Origin: Nitrospirota bacterium
Lineage (GTDB): Bacteria > Nitrospirota > JACRHJ01
Assembly: GCA_963733375.1 (NCBI GenBank)
Contig: CAVTDB010000025.1
Span: 32,001 to 96,000 of the forward strand
DNA: 64,000 nt
Direction of reading: 5' to 3'
How positions within the stretch are numbered: the stretch's first letter is position 1; every line of letters starts with the position of its first letter. The notes under the pieces were generated by a model. That model did not search any database. It saw only the letters and a program-made list of their open reading frames with translations, and had not been told where the DNA came from. The position numbers and the translations under genes are program-made. Below, piece by piece: positions 11,172-23,744 of the stretch.

Positions 11172-12518
11172 CTATAATTTCCGCACTATCTCTTTGAACT
11201 GCCGTCCCCGGTCCTCGAAATCCTTGAACATGTCGAAGCTCGCGCATGCGGGGGAGAGGAGCACCACATCGCCCTTTGACGCCGCGTCTTTCGCCTTTAA
11301 TACCGCGTCCTTCAAGGACTCCGCACGCACGGTATCGGTCTCCCCGCCAATCGCCTCGCCTATTACGTCCGCCGCTTTTCCGAAAAGCACCAGCCTCTTC
11401 ACCCTCTCGCGCACGAGCTTCTTCAGGGGCGAGAAATCGCTGTGCTTATCCAGCCCCCCGGCCAGCAGGACCACGGGCTCCGTGAAGCTCAAAAGCGACT
11501 TCTCCACCGCGCCGACGTTTGTGCCCTTCGAGTCGTTTATGTAGCTGACGCCGTTTAATTCCCGCACGAACTCAAGCCTGTGCTCAAGTCCGGGGAACTC
11601 CCGGAGGACCTTTTCGACCGCCTTTAACGGAAGCGCCGGCGGCAAGCGAAACGGCGGCGGCGGCAAGCGCGTTCTCCAGGTTGTGCACGCCGCGTATCCT
11701 TATATCTTTTGCCTCGATTATTTTCTCATCAACGCCGGATAAGGCGCTTACGACCATCCCGTCCCTGACGAATACTCCGCCCGCGGGAGCGTCCTTCCGC
11801 GAAAACGGGATTATCCTGCACATCGCCTTTTCCGCCAGCTGGGTGGAGGGCGCGTCGTCCGCGTTGACTATCAGAGAATCCTTCAGGGTCTGGTTCATGT
11901 ACACGCGGGCCTTCGCCCTGGCGTAGTCGTCCATGTCCCGGTAGCGGTCCAGGTGGTCCGGCGTGACGTTTAAGAGCGCGGACAGTTTCGGACGGAACTT
12001 GTCGATAGTCTCAAGCTGGAAGCTGGAAACCTCCGCCACTATGTAATCGCGGCCCCTTAAGGATTCCGGCTCTTCCGTGAGCGCGTTTCCCAGGTTCCCG
12101 CCCACTGTAACCTTCATCCCGTGAGCCGCCAGCATCTCTCCCACGAGAGTGGTCGTGGTCGATTTTCCGTTGGTGCCGGTTATGGCGATAAACGGGGAGT
12201 CGGAATAGAGATACGCAAGCTCCAGCTCGCCGATTATGGGGACTTTTGCGTCAGCCGCTTTTTTAAACGGCGGGGCTGACAGCGGTATCCCCGGCGAGAT
12301 GACTATCAGGTCCGCAAGTTCAAACAGTCCGTCCGGATGCGACCCCAGGACCTTTTTTACCTTGGGGTCGAGCCGTCAGGCAGCTGATCCCTTAGCTCGT
12401 CCTCGGATTTAAGGTCCGTAACCGTCACGTCCGCCCCAAGCCGGACGAGCAGATTTGCCGCCCCCACGCCGCTTCTGGCAAGACCCGCGACAGTAATTTT
12501 TTTCCCGCTGAAGTTCAT
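11172..12518 (-). CDS. murD: UDP-MurNAc-L-alanine--D-glutamate ligase (several frameshifts)
   Basis: N-terminus [64 protein letters not shown]. Confidence 0.95.
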
Positions 12519-13464
12519 CAATAAGTCCTGTGGTGCCTTCTGTGCTTCCTCGAATGCCCTGCTTCCTCGAATGCCTCTTCACTCTCTCGTATGTCTTATA
12601 TGACGCCTTCTGTATATAGCCGTCTCCGCCCTTTATATCCGCGAGGGCCAGCGTCTGGTTGTTCATGGCCAGCTGGAAACCTTCGTCCATGAGCTTTTTG
12701 GTATCGCCCCAGAGGTCGGAGCTATGGAGTATCGCGACGATCAGCCGGGTGTTGGAGCAGTTGGCCTCGCCGACGTAGCAGTGCCTGGCCGCTAAGGTAT
12801 AGCCGGTCTTGCCCGCGCCCGCGCCGTCGTAGAACCAGAGAAGCTTGTTGTGGTTCTTAAGGAGCGTCTTCTCTTTCTCGCCCATGTTGAGCGTCGCGAA
12901 TTTGGTGGAGGATATCGCCATGAACCGCTCGTCGTGCATCGCGTAGCGAAGTATCAGCGCCAGGTCGTATGCGGTGGTGTAATGGTCGTTTACCGGGAGG
13001 CCGGAAGCGTTGCTGAAATTCGTGTCCACCGCCCCTATCTGGTGCGCCTTCTCCGTCATCATCCTGGCGAACTCAAGCTCCGTGCCCGCCACGCCTTCCG
13101 CAAGTACCGACGCGCTGTCGTTCGCGCTCTTTAAAAGGAGGGAATACAGGAGCGCCTCGACTGTGACCTGGTCGCCCGGCTTCAGGTAAACCTTGGAAGG
13201 CGACATGGTCGCCGCGCGCGGGCTCACCCGGAAGGTATCGGTCATTTTCGCCCGCTCCAGCGTGATTATCGCCGTCATTACCTTCGTGCAGGAAGCCGGC
13301 GGGAGCCTTAAATCCGCGTTCCGGGATATAATGACCTTGCCGGTGTCGGCGTCCATCACGCACACGCCCTTCGCGGAGATAGCTATCGGGTCGTCCGCGT
13401 AAGCAAGCCCGAAGGAGGTAAAAAATACCAGGGTACAAAAAACTATCGCCGACAATCGCTTCAT
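12518..13464 (-). CDS. D-alanyl-D-alanine carboxypeptidase (peptidase S11)
   Basis: Signal peptide, PASCTK (SxxK), SAND (SxN), GKTGYT (KTG); probable true C-terminus RHSRKHRRHHRTY* after one indel. Confidence 0.92.
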
Positions 13465-13477
13465 AAAGATTTTCCTT

Positions 13478-14560
13478 CTACCTGAGTTTTAAGGTGCTCA
13501 GGCCCACGAGGGCTAAAATGATGCCCAAAAGCCAAAACCGCACTATCACCTTCGACTCCGCCCAGCCCAGTTCCTCGAAATGGTGGTGGACCGGCGCCAT
13601 CCTGAATATCCTCTTGCCCCGGCTCTTGAAGGAGGCTACCTGGAATATCACCGAAAGCGCCTCCGCGACAAATATGCCGCCGACTATCACCAGTATTATT
13701 TCATGCTTCGTAAGCACGGCCAGCATCCCGAGCGCACCGCCTAACGCAAGGCTCCCGACGTCTCCCATGAACACCTCGGCCGGGTGCGCGTTATACCAGA
13801 GAAAGCCGAGTGACGCGCCCATCAGCGCGCCGCAGAAAACCGTCAGCTCTCCCGCCCCGTGGATGTACAGCACCTGGAGATAATTCGCGTAGATCTTGTT
13901 GCCGGTGACGTAAACTAAGATGGCGTTCGCGCCCGCGGCTATGCCTACAAGCCCTATTGCCAGTCCGTCGAGGCCGTCGGTAAGGTTGACCGCATTGGAC
14001 GCGCCTACCAGCACCAGCACCACGAAGGGCACATAGAACCATGCCAGGTTTATTATCCATCTTTTGAAGAAGGGTATCAACAGCACAGTGCTGTTCGGGT
14101 CCTGCGGGTTAAAGTACAGGAGCAGGCCGATTAACAGCGCGATCAATATCTGCCAACCCATCTTGTACCGGGGCCTTAGGCCCTCGGACTTCTTCCTTAC
14201 CACCTTGAGATAATCATCATAGAAACCCACGGCGCCGAAAGCCAGCGTGCCCGCCATCACCAGCCAGACGTAGCGGTTCGTGAGGTCGGACCATAAAAGC
14301 GTCGGCACGATAATGGCAAGGAGTATCAAAATGCCGCCCATGGTCGGAGTCCCGGCCTTGCCGAGATGGGTTTCCGGCCCGTCCTCGCGCACCTGCTGTC
14401 CAATTTTCAGATCTTTGAGTTTCCGGATGATGGACGGCCCGAAGATAAAGCTTATCAGAAGCGCCGTAAACATCGCGCTCGCGAAGCGGAAGGTGATGTA
14501 GCGGAACACGTTAAAGGCGTGTATTTTGTCGTGAAGGGGGTATAGTAAATTATAGAACAT
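13478..14560 (-). CDS. mraY: Phospho-N-acetylmuramoyl-pentapeptide transferase
   Basis: [40 protein letters not shown]. Confidence 0.98.
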   Translation of the reverse strand: MFYNLLYPLHDKIHAFNVFRYITFRFASAMFTALLISFIFGPSIIRKLKDLKIGQQVREDGPETHLGKAGTPTMGGILILLAIIVPTLLWSDLTNRYVWLVMAGTLAFGAVGFYDDYLKVVRKKSEGLRPRYKMGWQILIALLIGLLLYFNPQDPNSTVLLIPFFKRWIINLAWFYVPFVVLVLVGASNAVNLTDGLDGLAIGLVGIAAGANAILVYVTGNKIYANYLQVLYIHGAGELTVFCGALMGASLGFLWYNAHPAEVFMGDVGSLALGGALGMLAVLTKHEIILVIVGGIFVAEALSVIFQVASFKSRGKRIFRMAPVHHHFEELGWAESKVIVRFWLLGIILALVGLSTLKLR

Positions 14561-15940
14561 TATACGTGGATCCTCCCCGCCTTCAAACGCTCCACCGCGA
14601 GTTCCATCCTTGACCCGCGCGAGCCTTTCACAAGCGCCACGTCGCCGGGTTTTAAGAACTCGGCCGCAATGGACGCCGCCTTTTCGGGCCCCGGAGCTAT
14701 AAAAATATTCTCCTCCGGCATCCCGGCCTCTACCGCGCCCCGCGCCGCGTCCGGCGCGTGCTCGCCTACCAGCACCAGCATGTAGACGCCGCTGGCCCCG
14801 GCAAGCCTCCCGGTATCGAAATGAGACCTGCTTGCCGTGCTTCCAAGCTCCAGCATCTCGCCCAGAATGGCAAACTTCCTCCCGCCTTTCATCGCCGCAA
14901 GCGCGCTTATGGCCGCGGCCATCGAGGCCGGATTTGCATTATACGTGTCGTTAATCACCCTTACCCCGTCGATTATTTCCTCCTGCATCCGCATCTTCGC
15001 AGGACGGCACTCTTCCAGGCCTTCCTTTATTTCTTCAGCCGTCATGCCCAGCGCAAAGGCCGCGGCAGCCGCGGCCAGCGCGTTATAGACGTTATGGGAG
15101 CCGATGAAATTAAGTTTTATCGACCGCCGAAACGCCAGGCGCTTTCAGCCTGAAAGATACCCCTTTTTGCTTGTCTTCTATCTCCGTTGCGAAGACGCGG
15201 GCGTCCTTGCCCAGCCCGAAGGATACCGTCCTTCCCTTGAACTCCGAAGCCGTCGCCTTAAGGTACGGGTCGTCCGCGTTCAGTACCGCCGTCCCTTCCG
15301 GCGGCAGGGCGGCTATCAGCTCGGCCTTTGCCTTTGCCACTCCCGCAAGGTCGCGAAGGACGTCTAAGTGCGCCGGGCCTATATTCGTTATCACTCCCGT
15401 CTGGGGCGCCGCTATCTTTGCAAGCCTGTCGATTTCGCCCGGTGCGCTCATGCCCATCTCTATCACGGCTATCCAATGTTCTTCGCCCAGTTTCAGAAGG
15501 GTGAGCGGGACGCCGATATGGTTATTTAAGTTGCCCTCGTTTTTCAGGACCGGGCCCCGCCGGGATAAAATCGACGCCAGCATCTCTTTGGTGGTGGTCT
15601 TTCCGTTGGTGCCGGTAATGCCGACGAGAGGGAGCCCCGGCCTGGTCATCCTTACAAAATGCGCCAGGTCCTGGAGCGCGCGCAGGGTATCCGCCACCTC
15701 GATTAAGGCCAGCCCCGGCTGATGGATGTCCTTCCCTTCTTCGACCAGGGCGCCCGCCGCCCCGGATTTCACGGCCTGCGCGATGAAGTTATGTCCGTCG
15801 AAGCGCTCGCCGGAAAGAGGGATGAACAACTCGCCGCTTTTTAATGTTCCTGCTGTCGGTGGAGACGCCGGAGAAGACATTTTCCCCTTCCTGCAGGAGC
15901 CTGCCCCCCGTCGCCTCGATTATCTGCTCTATTGAAATAT

Positions 15941-15944
<4 letters not shown>
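14560..15944 (-). CDS. murF: UDP-MurNAc-tripeptide--D-Ala-D-Ala ligase (frameshifted)
   Basis: [57 protein letters not shown]; GTG at 15944. Confidence 0.94.
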
Positions 15945-17416
<1,472 letters not shown>

Positions 17417-17417
<1 letters not shown>

Positions 17418-19180
17418 TATTTCTCCACCAGGATCGTCTGCTCCGGCAGGCGCGTCGGCACCTTCATGTACGTGAGCGCCTGCTCTACGATATCCTTGAA
17501 CGCCGGGGCCGCGACCATCCCGCCGTAATATATCCCACCATGCGGCTCGTTCACCACCACTATCGCCGAGACCTTAGGGTTATCCGCGGGACAGAAACCG
17601 ACGAACGAGGCATAGTATTTTGATTTTGAGTACCTGCCGGCCGCCCTGTCAAACTTCTGCGCGGTGCCGGTCTTGCCCGCCACCTGATATCCCTTTATCC
17701 TGGCGGAGACAGCGGTCCCGCCTTCTTCCACTACCGTGCTCAAAATACCCTTTAGCTTTTCGGCCGTCGCTTTCGATACGACCTGGCGGACTTTTGTCGG
17801 GTTCCTCTTCATGATGACGGAACCGTCCGTCCCCTTGATCTCCGAGACTAAATACGGCTCCATGTAAGACCCGCCGTTTGCAATGCAGTTCATTGCGGAA
17901 AGCATCTGGAGCGGCGTGACGCTCACCTCCTGGCCTATCGCGACGGAGGCGACTGACAGTCCGGACCATTTCGAAATGTCCCGGAGTTTTCCGCCGGCTT
18001 CTCCCGGAAGGTCGACGCCCGTCTTCTCGCCGATGCCGAACGCCTTGGCGTATTTAAAAAGCCTCTGAGGCCCAAGCTTAAGCGCGACCTTGATCGTGCC
18101 CACGTTGTTGCTCTTTTGTATAACCTCCGAAAAAGTCAGCCGTCCGCCTTCATTTTCCGCGGCGTGGATAACCCTGCCCGCGACCTCTATTTCTCCGTTC
18201 CCGCAGTCTATGACGTCGGTGGGCTTTACGACCCCTTCCTCTAACGCCCCGGAGGCGGTAACCAGCTTGAATGTCGAGCCAGGTTCGTAGAGGTCCGTAA
18301 CCGCGCGGTTCCTCCAGTCCTGGCTGGAGTAGCCGGACCAGTTGTTGGGGTTGAAGCCGGGCCGGTTCGCCATCGCCAGCACCTCTCCGGTATTCGGGTC
18401 CATAACGATGGCGGTGGCGGATATGGGCTTGTATTTCTCCATTATCTCGTCAAGAGCTTTCTCCGCCATGTACTGTACCCTCTCGTTTATCGTCAGGGTT
18501 ATGTCGTAGCCGGGCCTGGGGGAATTTTTGCCGGCGTCAAGAGCAAGGACCTCTCTGCCCGCGCCGTCCCGCTCTGTAATCGCCTTGCCCTGAAGCCCCC
18601 CGATATACGGCTCATACTCCGCCTCAAGCCCTTCCAATCCCTTTCCGTCCGTACCGGTAAAGCCCAGTATATGCGCCGCTATCTCTTTTTTGGGGTAGTA
18701 CCTGCGGCTGTCGAACAGCCAGCCCAGCACCCCCTCCATATCGCCGTCCGTTTTTATTTTGGGCTGGACGTCCGGCGGTACTTTCCTGGCCAGCCATACG
18801 AACTTCTTCGTCCCTTTAAGTTTCTCTTCGATAGATTTCCTGCCCATGCCCAGGGCCGGCGCCAGCGTCATTGCCACCGCGTGGGCGTCCTGCACGTTCT
18901 CCGGCACTCCGTAGAGCGAGTCGGCCTCCACGCTTACCGCGAGCTCGCTGCCGTTCCTGTCGTATATCGTCCCCCGCTTTGAAGGCAGCATGATGACTTC
19001 CTGCTGTTGCCTGATCGCTTTGTGCGTGAGAAAACTTTTTTCTATCACCTGCAGGTAAACGAGCCTGGCGCCCACTCCCATGTAACCCACGACAAGCAGG
19101 ACGACCACCCATATCACTCGCTTCTTCAGGCCGGGCTTTTTCTCCACGGCCTCAGGATGCTTATCCAGCCGGCCCCGCAT
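17417..19180 (-). CDS. ftsI: Penicillin-binding protein 3 (FtsI)
   Basis: RGTIYDRNG, EPGSTFK (SxxK), KSNNVG, GKTGTAQK. Confidence 0.95.
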
Positions 19181-19575
19181 CAGGTTTTACCCGGCGCCGC
19201 CGATTTAACGTTTACCTCGCGGCCGCCGGCGGAGGCGCTGGCGGTGCTCCTTTTAATTTTTTTCACCATTACGATCTGCCCCGAAACCGGCACGCGCATG
19301 CCTATGTCCGTATCGGCGATGCTCTCTATCCTCTCAGGCGAAGTCAAAGTCGATTTTTCGATCTGGAGGTCGTTGTTTTCTCTCGCCAGCTCGGCCTTTT
19401 CCTTCTTCAGTGCCTCTATCTCGTACCCCACCTTTATCACCTGCACCCTCTGCCATACGTAAACCATGCAGAACGCGGCGACCAGGAATACCATGGAAGA
19501 TATGCCGAGCCTCTTTACAAGGCGCGTCTTCTTGAGCCTTATGCTCGACAGGTGGGACAGGGAGTGGTCATGCAT
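19180..19575 (-). CDS. ftsL: Cell division protein FtsL
   Basis: Single TM followed by a coiled coil (LTSPERIE); between rsmH and ftsI. Confidence 0.85.
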   Translation of the reverse strand: MHDHSLSHLSSIRLKKTRLVKRLGISSMVFLVAAFCMVYVWQRVQVIKVGYEIEALKKEKAELARENNDLQIEKSTLTSPERIESIADTDIGMRVPVSGQIVMVKKIKRSTASASAGGREVNVKSAAPGKT

Positions 19576-20513
19576 CAGATTTTCTCCGCCGCGCGAAGTT
19601 TCGCGCTTCTCGCGCTTGGATTGGACTTTATCTCATCTTCCGAAGGCGTCACGGGCCTCGGAGTCAATACCTTGATAGACGGTTTTTTCCCGCATACGCA
19701 TATCGGGAAATCCTTAGGACACGTGCAGGGTTTCGCCCCCGCCTTGAATGTATCCTTCACCAGCCTGTCCTCTAAGGAATGGTAAGAGATGACCACCGCG
19801 CGCCCCCCGGGCTTAAGCATCGAAACCATCTCCGGCAGGGCCGCCCTCAGCGCGCCAAGCTCGTCGTTTACCGCAATCCGGAGGGCCTGGAACGTCCTTG
19901 TCGCGGGATGGGTCTTGGGCGGCCACGCCCTGTGCGGTATCGAGTCTTCCACGACCCGGGCAAGCTCGCGGGTGGTAGTTATTTTTTTCTCCTCGCGCCT
20001 CTCCGATATCGTCCGGGCTATCTTTTTGGCCCAGCGCTCTTCGCCAAACTCCCAGAAAATCTTTGTCAGCTCGTCCGCTGAAAGGTCGTTGACCAAATCC
20101 GCGGCGCTTTTCCCGAGGCTTGCGTCCATCCTCATGTCAAGCGGCGCGTCGGCCGAGAAGCCGAAGCCTCGCTCAGGTGTCTTGAGTTGAAGTGTGGAAA
20201 CGCCCAGGTCCATAAGAAAACCGTCCAGTAAGTTATGCCCCTGCCGGCGGATTAACTCACCCGCCTCCCGGAAGTCCGCCTTTAAAATCTCCAGCTTCTC
20301 CCCATATCCCTTCAGGGCTTCTTCCGCCCTGGTTATGGCCTGAATGTCCTTGTCCACGCCGATAAGCTTGCCGGAATCGATTTTCTTCAGTATTTCGGCT
20401 GCGTGCCCGCCAAGTCCCAGAGTCAAATCCGCGTATAACCCGTCCGGCTTTACGTTCAGAAACTCTACAGACTCGCTAAGCAGTACCGGGACGTGAAGCG
20501 CAAGGGCACTCAC
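19575..20513 (-). CDS. rsmH: 16S rRNA (C1402-N4)-methyltransferase
   Basis: HVPVL, DLTLGLGGHA, DLGVS, FQALRIAVN, ISYHSLEDR, NPSARSAKLR. Confidence 0.98.
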   Translation of the reverse strand: MSALALHVPVLLSESVEFLNVKPDGLYADLTLGLGGHAAEILKKIDSGKLIGVDKDIQAITRAEEALKGYGEKLEILKADFREAGELIRRQGHNLLDGFLMDLGVSTLQLKTPERGFGFSADAPLDMRMDASLGKSAADLVNDLSADELTKIFWEFGEERWAKKIARTISERREEKKITTTRELARVVEDSIPHRAWPPKTHPATRTFQALRIAVNDELGALRAALPEMVSMLKPGGRAVVISYHSLEDRLVKDTFKAGAKPCTCPKDFPICVCGKKPSIKVLTPRPVTPSEDEIKSNPSARSAKLRAAEKI

Positions 20514-20965
20514 AGCCCGTACGCGGCCATGGCGTCCCTGACCTTCGCGCCGTCCTCTTCGGGGTTCTCTTTCTTCCAGGTCTCGGCATCCCAGAACTCC
20601 ATCCGGTTGGAAAGCCCGATTATGATCACCTCACGGTTAAGCCCCGCGTAGACCTTCAGCGCGGGCGGCACCAGGACGCGGCCTTGTCCGTCCAGTTCGC
20701 AGACTTTCGCGGAGGAATAGAAATTCCGGAGGTACTTCATCACCATTGGGTCGCTCTGGGGGAGGGAATTTATCTTTTCGTCGATCTTCTGCCATTCCTC
20801 AATCGGATAGGCGGCGATGCACCGGTCGTAATGCTTCATCAGGACGAGTTTCTCGTCGTAGCGCTCGGAAAGGACCTCGCGGAAATCGGAAGGTATGCTT
20901 ACCCGTCCCTTGTTGTCGAGGCTGTATGCGTGGTGCCCGATGAACCGGTCGATGAGAGCGGCCAA
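20510..20965 (-). CDS. mraZ: Transcriptional regulator MraZ
   Basis: Two AbrB-like repeats, LDNKGRVSIP and LDGQGRVLVP; first gene of the dcw cluster. Confidence 0.97.
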   Translation of the reverse strand: MAALIDRFIGHHAYSLDNKGRVSIPSDFREVLSERYDEKLVLMKHYDRCIAAYPIEEWQKIDEKINSLPQSDPMVMKYLRNFYSSAKVCELDGQGRVLVPPALKVYAGLNREVIIIGLSNRMEFWDAETWKKENPEEDGAKVRDAMAAYGL

Positions 20966-21070
20966 TCCGGACCTCCCCTTGAGAAAAAGCGCGCGAGATT
21001 AAGGATTATTTCAGGGCTTTTGGGGGGGGTAATGCACAGGCGCATCAACAGGAATTATTAAAGCATTTTG

Positions 21071-21134
21071 CCACCTTCCCCCACTTTTCCCCACAACGGT
21101 TTGGAGTATACACGCCAAATGTCCAGGTTGTCAA
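21071..21134 (-). promoter_or_regulatory. dcw promoter with three MraZ boxes
   Basis: TTGACA (21134-21129), 18 nt, TATACT (21110-21105); then GTGG repeated at exact 10-bp period (21094, 21084, 21074). Confidence 0.85.
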
Positions 21135-21414
21135 GGTAAAATCCTCGCAAAAACTCACTATTTTTAACTTGTCAAAGAACGGATGCCGGGTGTCCGGGTA
21201 AGCCAAAAAGCGGGTACTTCAGGGGGATGAACCTGGGGTGCTTCTTGAACTTCTGGAAAAATCTTTGTGACAACCGGATTTGGAGCTACTCCAGAGGTGG
21301 ATTTTATCAGTAAAGAGGGGGGAAGTCAAACTCGGAATTACTTTTAAAAGCTTGTAAAAACCTTTTCTTTATAATATACTTGATTAACTTGGTTTAACAA
21401 AATAAGAGGTACGG

Positions 21415-21900
21415 ATGCAAAAGACTGAAAAAATCACTAAACAGAGCATATTCGACCTATACGACCTGAAATTCGGGATGAAAAAAGAGGCGGTGGCGGC
21501 GAAGGTAGAGGTCCTGGAGGGGGGAGAAGTGGGAGAAGGAAATCTCGCGGCCCTGGGGGCTGACTCCATACGTCTCTTTTTCGACCACGAAGACAGGCTC
21601 TGGCAGGTAAAGGCCGTTTACCCGGTATCGAGTCCGGAAGAGGCCGAAGAAATCCTGGACAGGATGTCAAAGGATTACCGTTTCCAGACGCCGTCCTCAA
21701 GGGTGGCATTCGACATTACAGACCCGAAGGAAGAAGTCGCGCTCCTCTCGATACGCTACTCCGAGGCGAACATGAAACGCGCCTACTTCCATCATATGAT
21801 GGCGCTGGGTGCGGAGAAACTCGCGGCGGAAGAGGGCAAGAAAAAAGCGGAGATCGAAGAAGACGACGAGTACATACCGAACGGCCCGTTGATATTCTAA
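21415..21900 (+). CDS. Hypothetical protein
   Basis: 161-aa ORF with GAGGT SD and an AT-rich promoter region upstream; no motif recognised. Confidence 0.7.
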   Translation: MQKTEKITKQSIFDLYDLKFGMKKEAVAAKVEVLEGGEVGEGNLAALGADSIRLFFDHEDRLWQVKAVYPVSSPEEAEEILDRMSKDYRFQTPSSRVAFDITDPKEEVALLSIRYSEANMKRAYFHHMMALGAEKLAAEEGKKKAEIEEDDEYIPNGPLIF

Positions 21901-21970
21901 TCCGGAAATAAATTGCAAAGCGGCTCTGGCGCCATTATGGCTCCTTGAGCCGCTTTTTTTTGATTTCTTC

Positions 21971-23608
21971 TCACTCCTGGTCAGGCCACAATCTCCGTTC
22001 AAGCTCACGCATCAGCGGCGGAAAAGTTTTCCGGTCCATTGCGGAGATGGCGAGGGCGTTATGCGAGCGGGCTTCCGCCTGGGCGAGTTCTTTATCTATC
22101 AAATCCGATTTATTAAATACCGTGAGCCGGTCCTTCTCAGCCAGGCCGAGTTCGCCCAGTATCTTCTCCACGGACTCCATCTGCTCCTCGAAGCGCGGGC
22201 TCGATACGTCCACCACGTGCATCAGCAAGTCCGCGTCTTCCAGTTCCTCCAGTGTCGCGCGGAAGGCCGCGAACAGGGGCTTTGGGAGGTCGCGGATGAA
22301 CCCCACCGTGTCCGTGATTATCACGTCCCGCTCTCTGGGAAACCGTAGCCGCCTGCTGGCGGTGTCAAGGGTTGCGAAAAGCTTGTTTTCCACCACCGTT
22401 TCGCTCTGCGTGAGCGCATTTAAAAGTGTCGATTTGCCCGCATTCGTATAGCCGACTATTGATATGATGGGCAGGCCCATCTCGCCCCTGCGCGACTTTC
22501 TCTGCGCCCTCGCGCGGGATAAATCCTTCAGCATCTTTTCCAGGTGGGATATCCGGTCGCGCACTCTTCTTCTGTCCGTCTCAAGCTTGCTCTCGCCCGG
22601 ACCTCTTCCGCCGATACCTCCCATCAACCTCGACAGCGCGGTCCCTTTGCCTGTCAGCATCGGGAGGCGGTATTTCAGCTGCGCCAGTTCCACCTGCACC
22701 TTGCCGTCTCTGGAGTGGGCGCGGGCCGCGAATATATCCAGTATCAACTGGGAGCGGTCTATTACTTTTATCTCCGCCATCTCGGAAATGGAGCGCAGCT
22801 GGGACGGGGAAAGTTCCTGGTCGAATATGAGGACGGTGGCCCCTTTCTGAAGGGCCATGATTATTATCTCCCTCAGCTTGCCCTCGCCCATCAGGTATTT
22901 TGAATTGATTTTGTCCGGCCTCTGCATCACCGTATCGAGCACTATAACGTCCGCCGATTTGGCAAGCTCGACAAGCTCGTCCATCGCCTCCTTCTGGGCG
23001 CCGCGCGTACCCTTGGACATCACGCTTATCAGTATCGCACGCTCGCGGGTGTCCCGGACGTTGAAACTCTCGCCCTGCACCCGGAGCATCTCGTCCTCTA
23101 GGGAGGTAATGAACGAGGTGAAATCCACGTTCAACTGGTGGAAGGGGATCGACGGGATCTGGGTCCAGGCCTGGCCGCGCTCGTTGGGCGGGAGGAGATG
23201 CGCAATATAAATTCTGCCCGGCAGGCCCTCCGGCAATACGCCGACAGCCGCCACCAAGTCGAGCCTCAGGAGCGCTAGGTCAGTCATGTCGTCGGGAGTC
23301 AGCGGCTCGTCGTTTAAGTGGGTGTGCACGAGCCTTAGTCCCCGGAGGCGCTTTGGGCCAAGCGAGAAGTCCGAGAGGTCCGGTATGGTGACGGAGCGGT
23401 TATCGCCTATGATGACGAACTGGATGACTCCGCGCCTGTCGACGATGACGCCGACCTGCCGGGCGATATCGCGCGAAACCTCCGTCAGGTATCGCCCCAG
23501 CTCCGCCGTGACTACCTCGTTCGGCGGGACCTTCCTGCGGTATATCTTCTCAAGCCTGTGTATTTCGTTGGCCTTCAGGCCGGTCAAGTTCCCAAATAGA
23601 GTGGCTAT
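21971..23608 (-). CDS. hflX: Ribosome-associated GTPase HflX (long form)
   Basis: GYTNAGKSTL, LFATLD, DTVGF, NKSD, RGPGESKLE; frame extends upstream of TTG 23587 to ATA 23608 behind AAGGAG. Confidence 0.95.
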   Translation of the reverse strand: MATLFGNLTGLKANEIHRLEKIYRRKVPPNEVVTAELGRYLTEVSRDIARQVGVIVDRRGVIQFVIIGDNRSVTIPDLSDFSLGPKRLRGLRLVHTHLNDEPLTPDDMTDLALLRLDLVAAVGVLPEGLPGRIYIAHLLPPNERGQAWTQIPSIPFHQLNVDFTSFITSLEDEMLRVQGESFNVRDTRERAILISVMSKGTRGAQKEAMDELVELAKSADVIVLDTVMQRPDKINSKYLMGEGKLREIIIMALQKGATVLIFDQELSPSQLRSISEMAEIKVIDRSQLILDIFAARAHSRDGKVQVELAQLKYRLPMLTGKGTALSRLMGGIGGRGPGESKLETDRRRVRDRISHLEKMLKDLSRARAQRKSRRGEMGLPIISIVGYTNAGKSTLLNALTQSETVVENKLFATLDTASRRLRFPRERDVIITDTVGFIRDLPKPLFAAFRATLEELEDADLLMHVVDVSSPRFEEQMESVEKILGELGLAEKDRLTVFNKSDLIDKELAQAEARSHNALAISAMDRKTFPPLMRELERRLWPDQE

Positions 23609-23644
23609 GATAATCTCCTTATTGAAGAGGGCGTTACTTCTATT

Positions 23645-23685
23645 CTACTTTTCTTTCGCGTGAAAGAAAAGTAGCAAAAGAAAGC
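23645..23685. repeat. AT-rich hairpin/mirror repeat, locus 2 (single unit)
   Basis: CTACTTTTCTTTC-GCGT-GAAAGAAAAGTAG-CAAAAGAAAGC. Confidence 0.88.
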
Positions 23686-23744
23686 GGGGCTATAAAAAAT
23701 TAAATAAAAAACATGTTAAACTTGATATTAAGGAGGATGTTGCG

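Noticed and set aside
4816-12518. Split dcw genes as pseudogenes or programmed frameshifts
   Set aside because: These are essential genes with intact motifs and no common slippery sequence; sequencing error is the simpler explanation.
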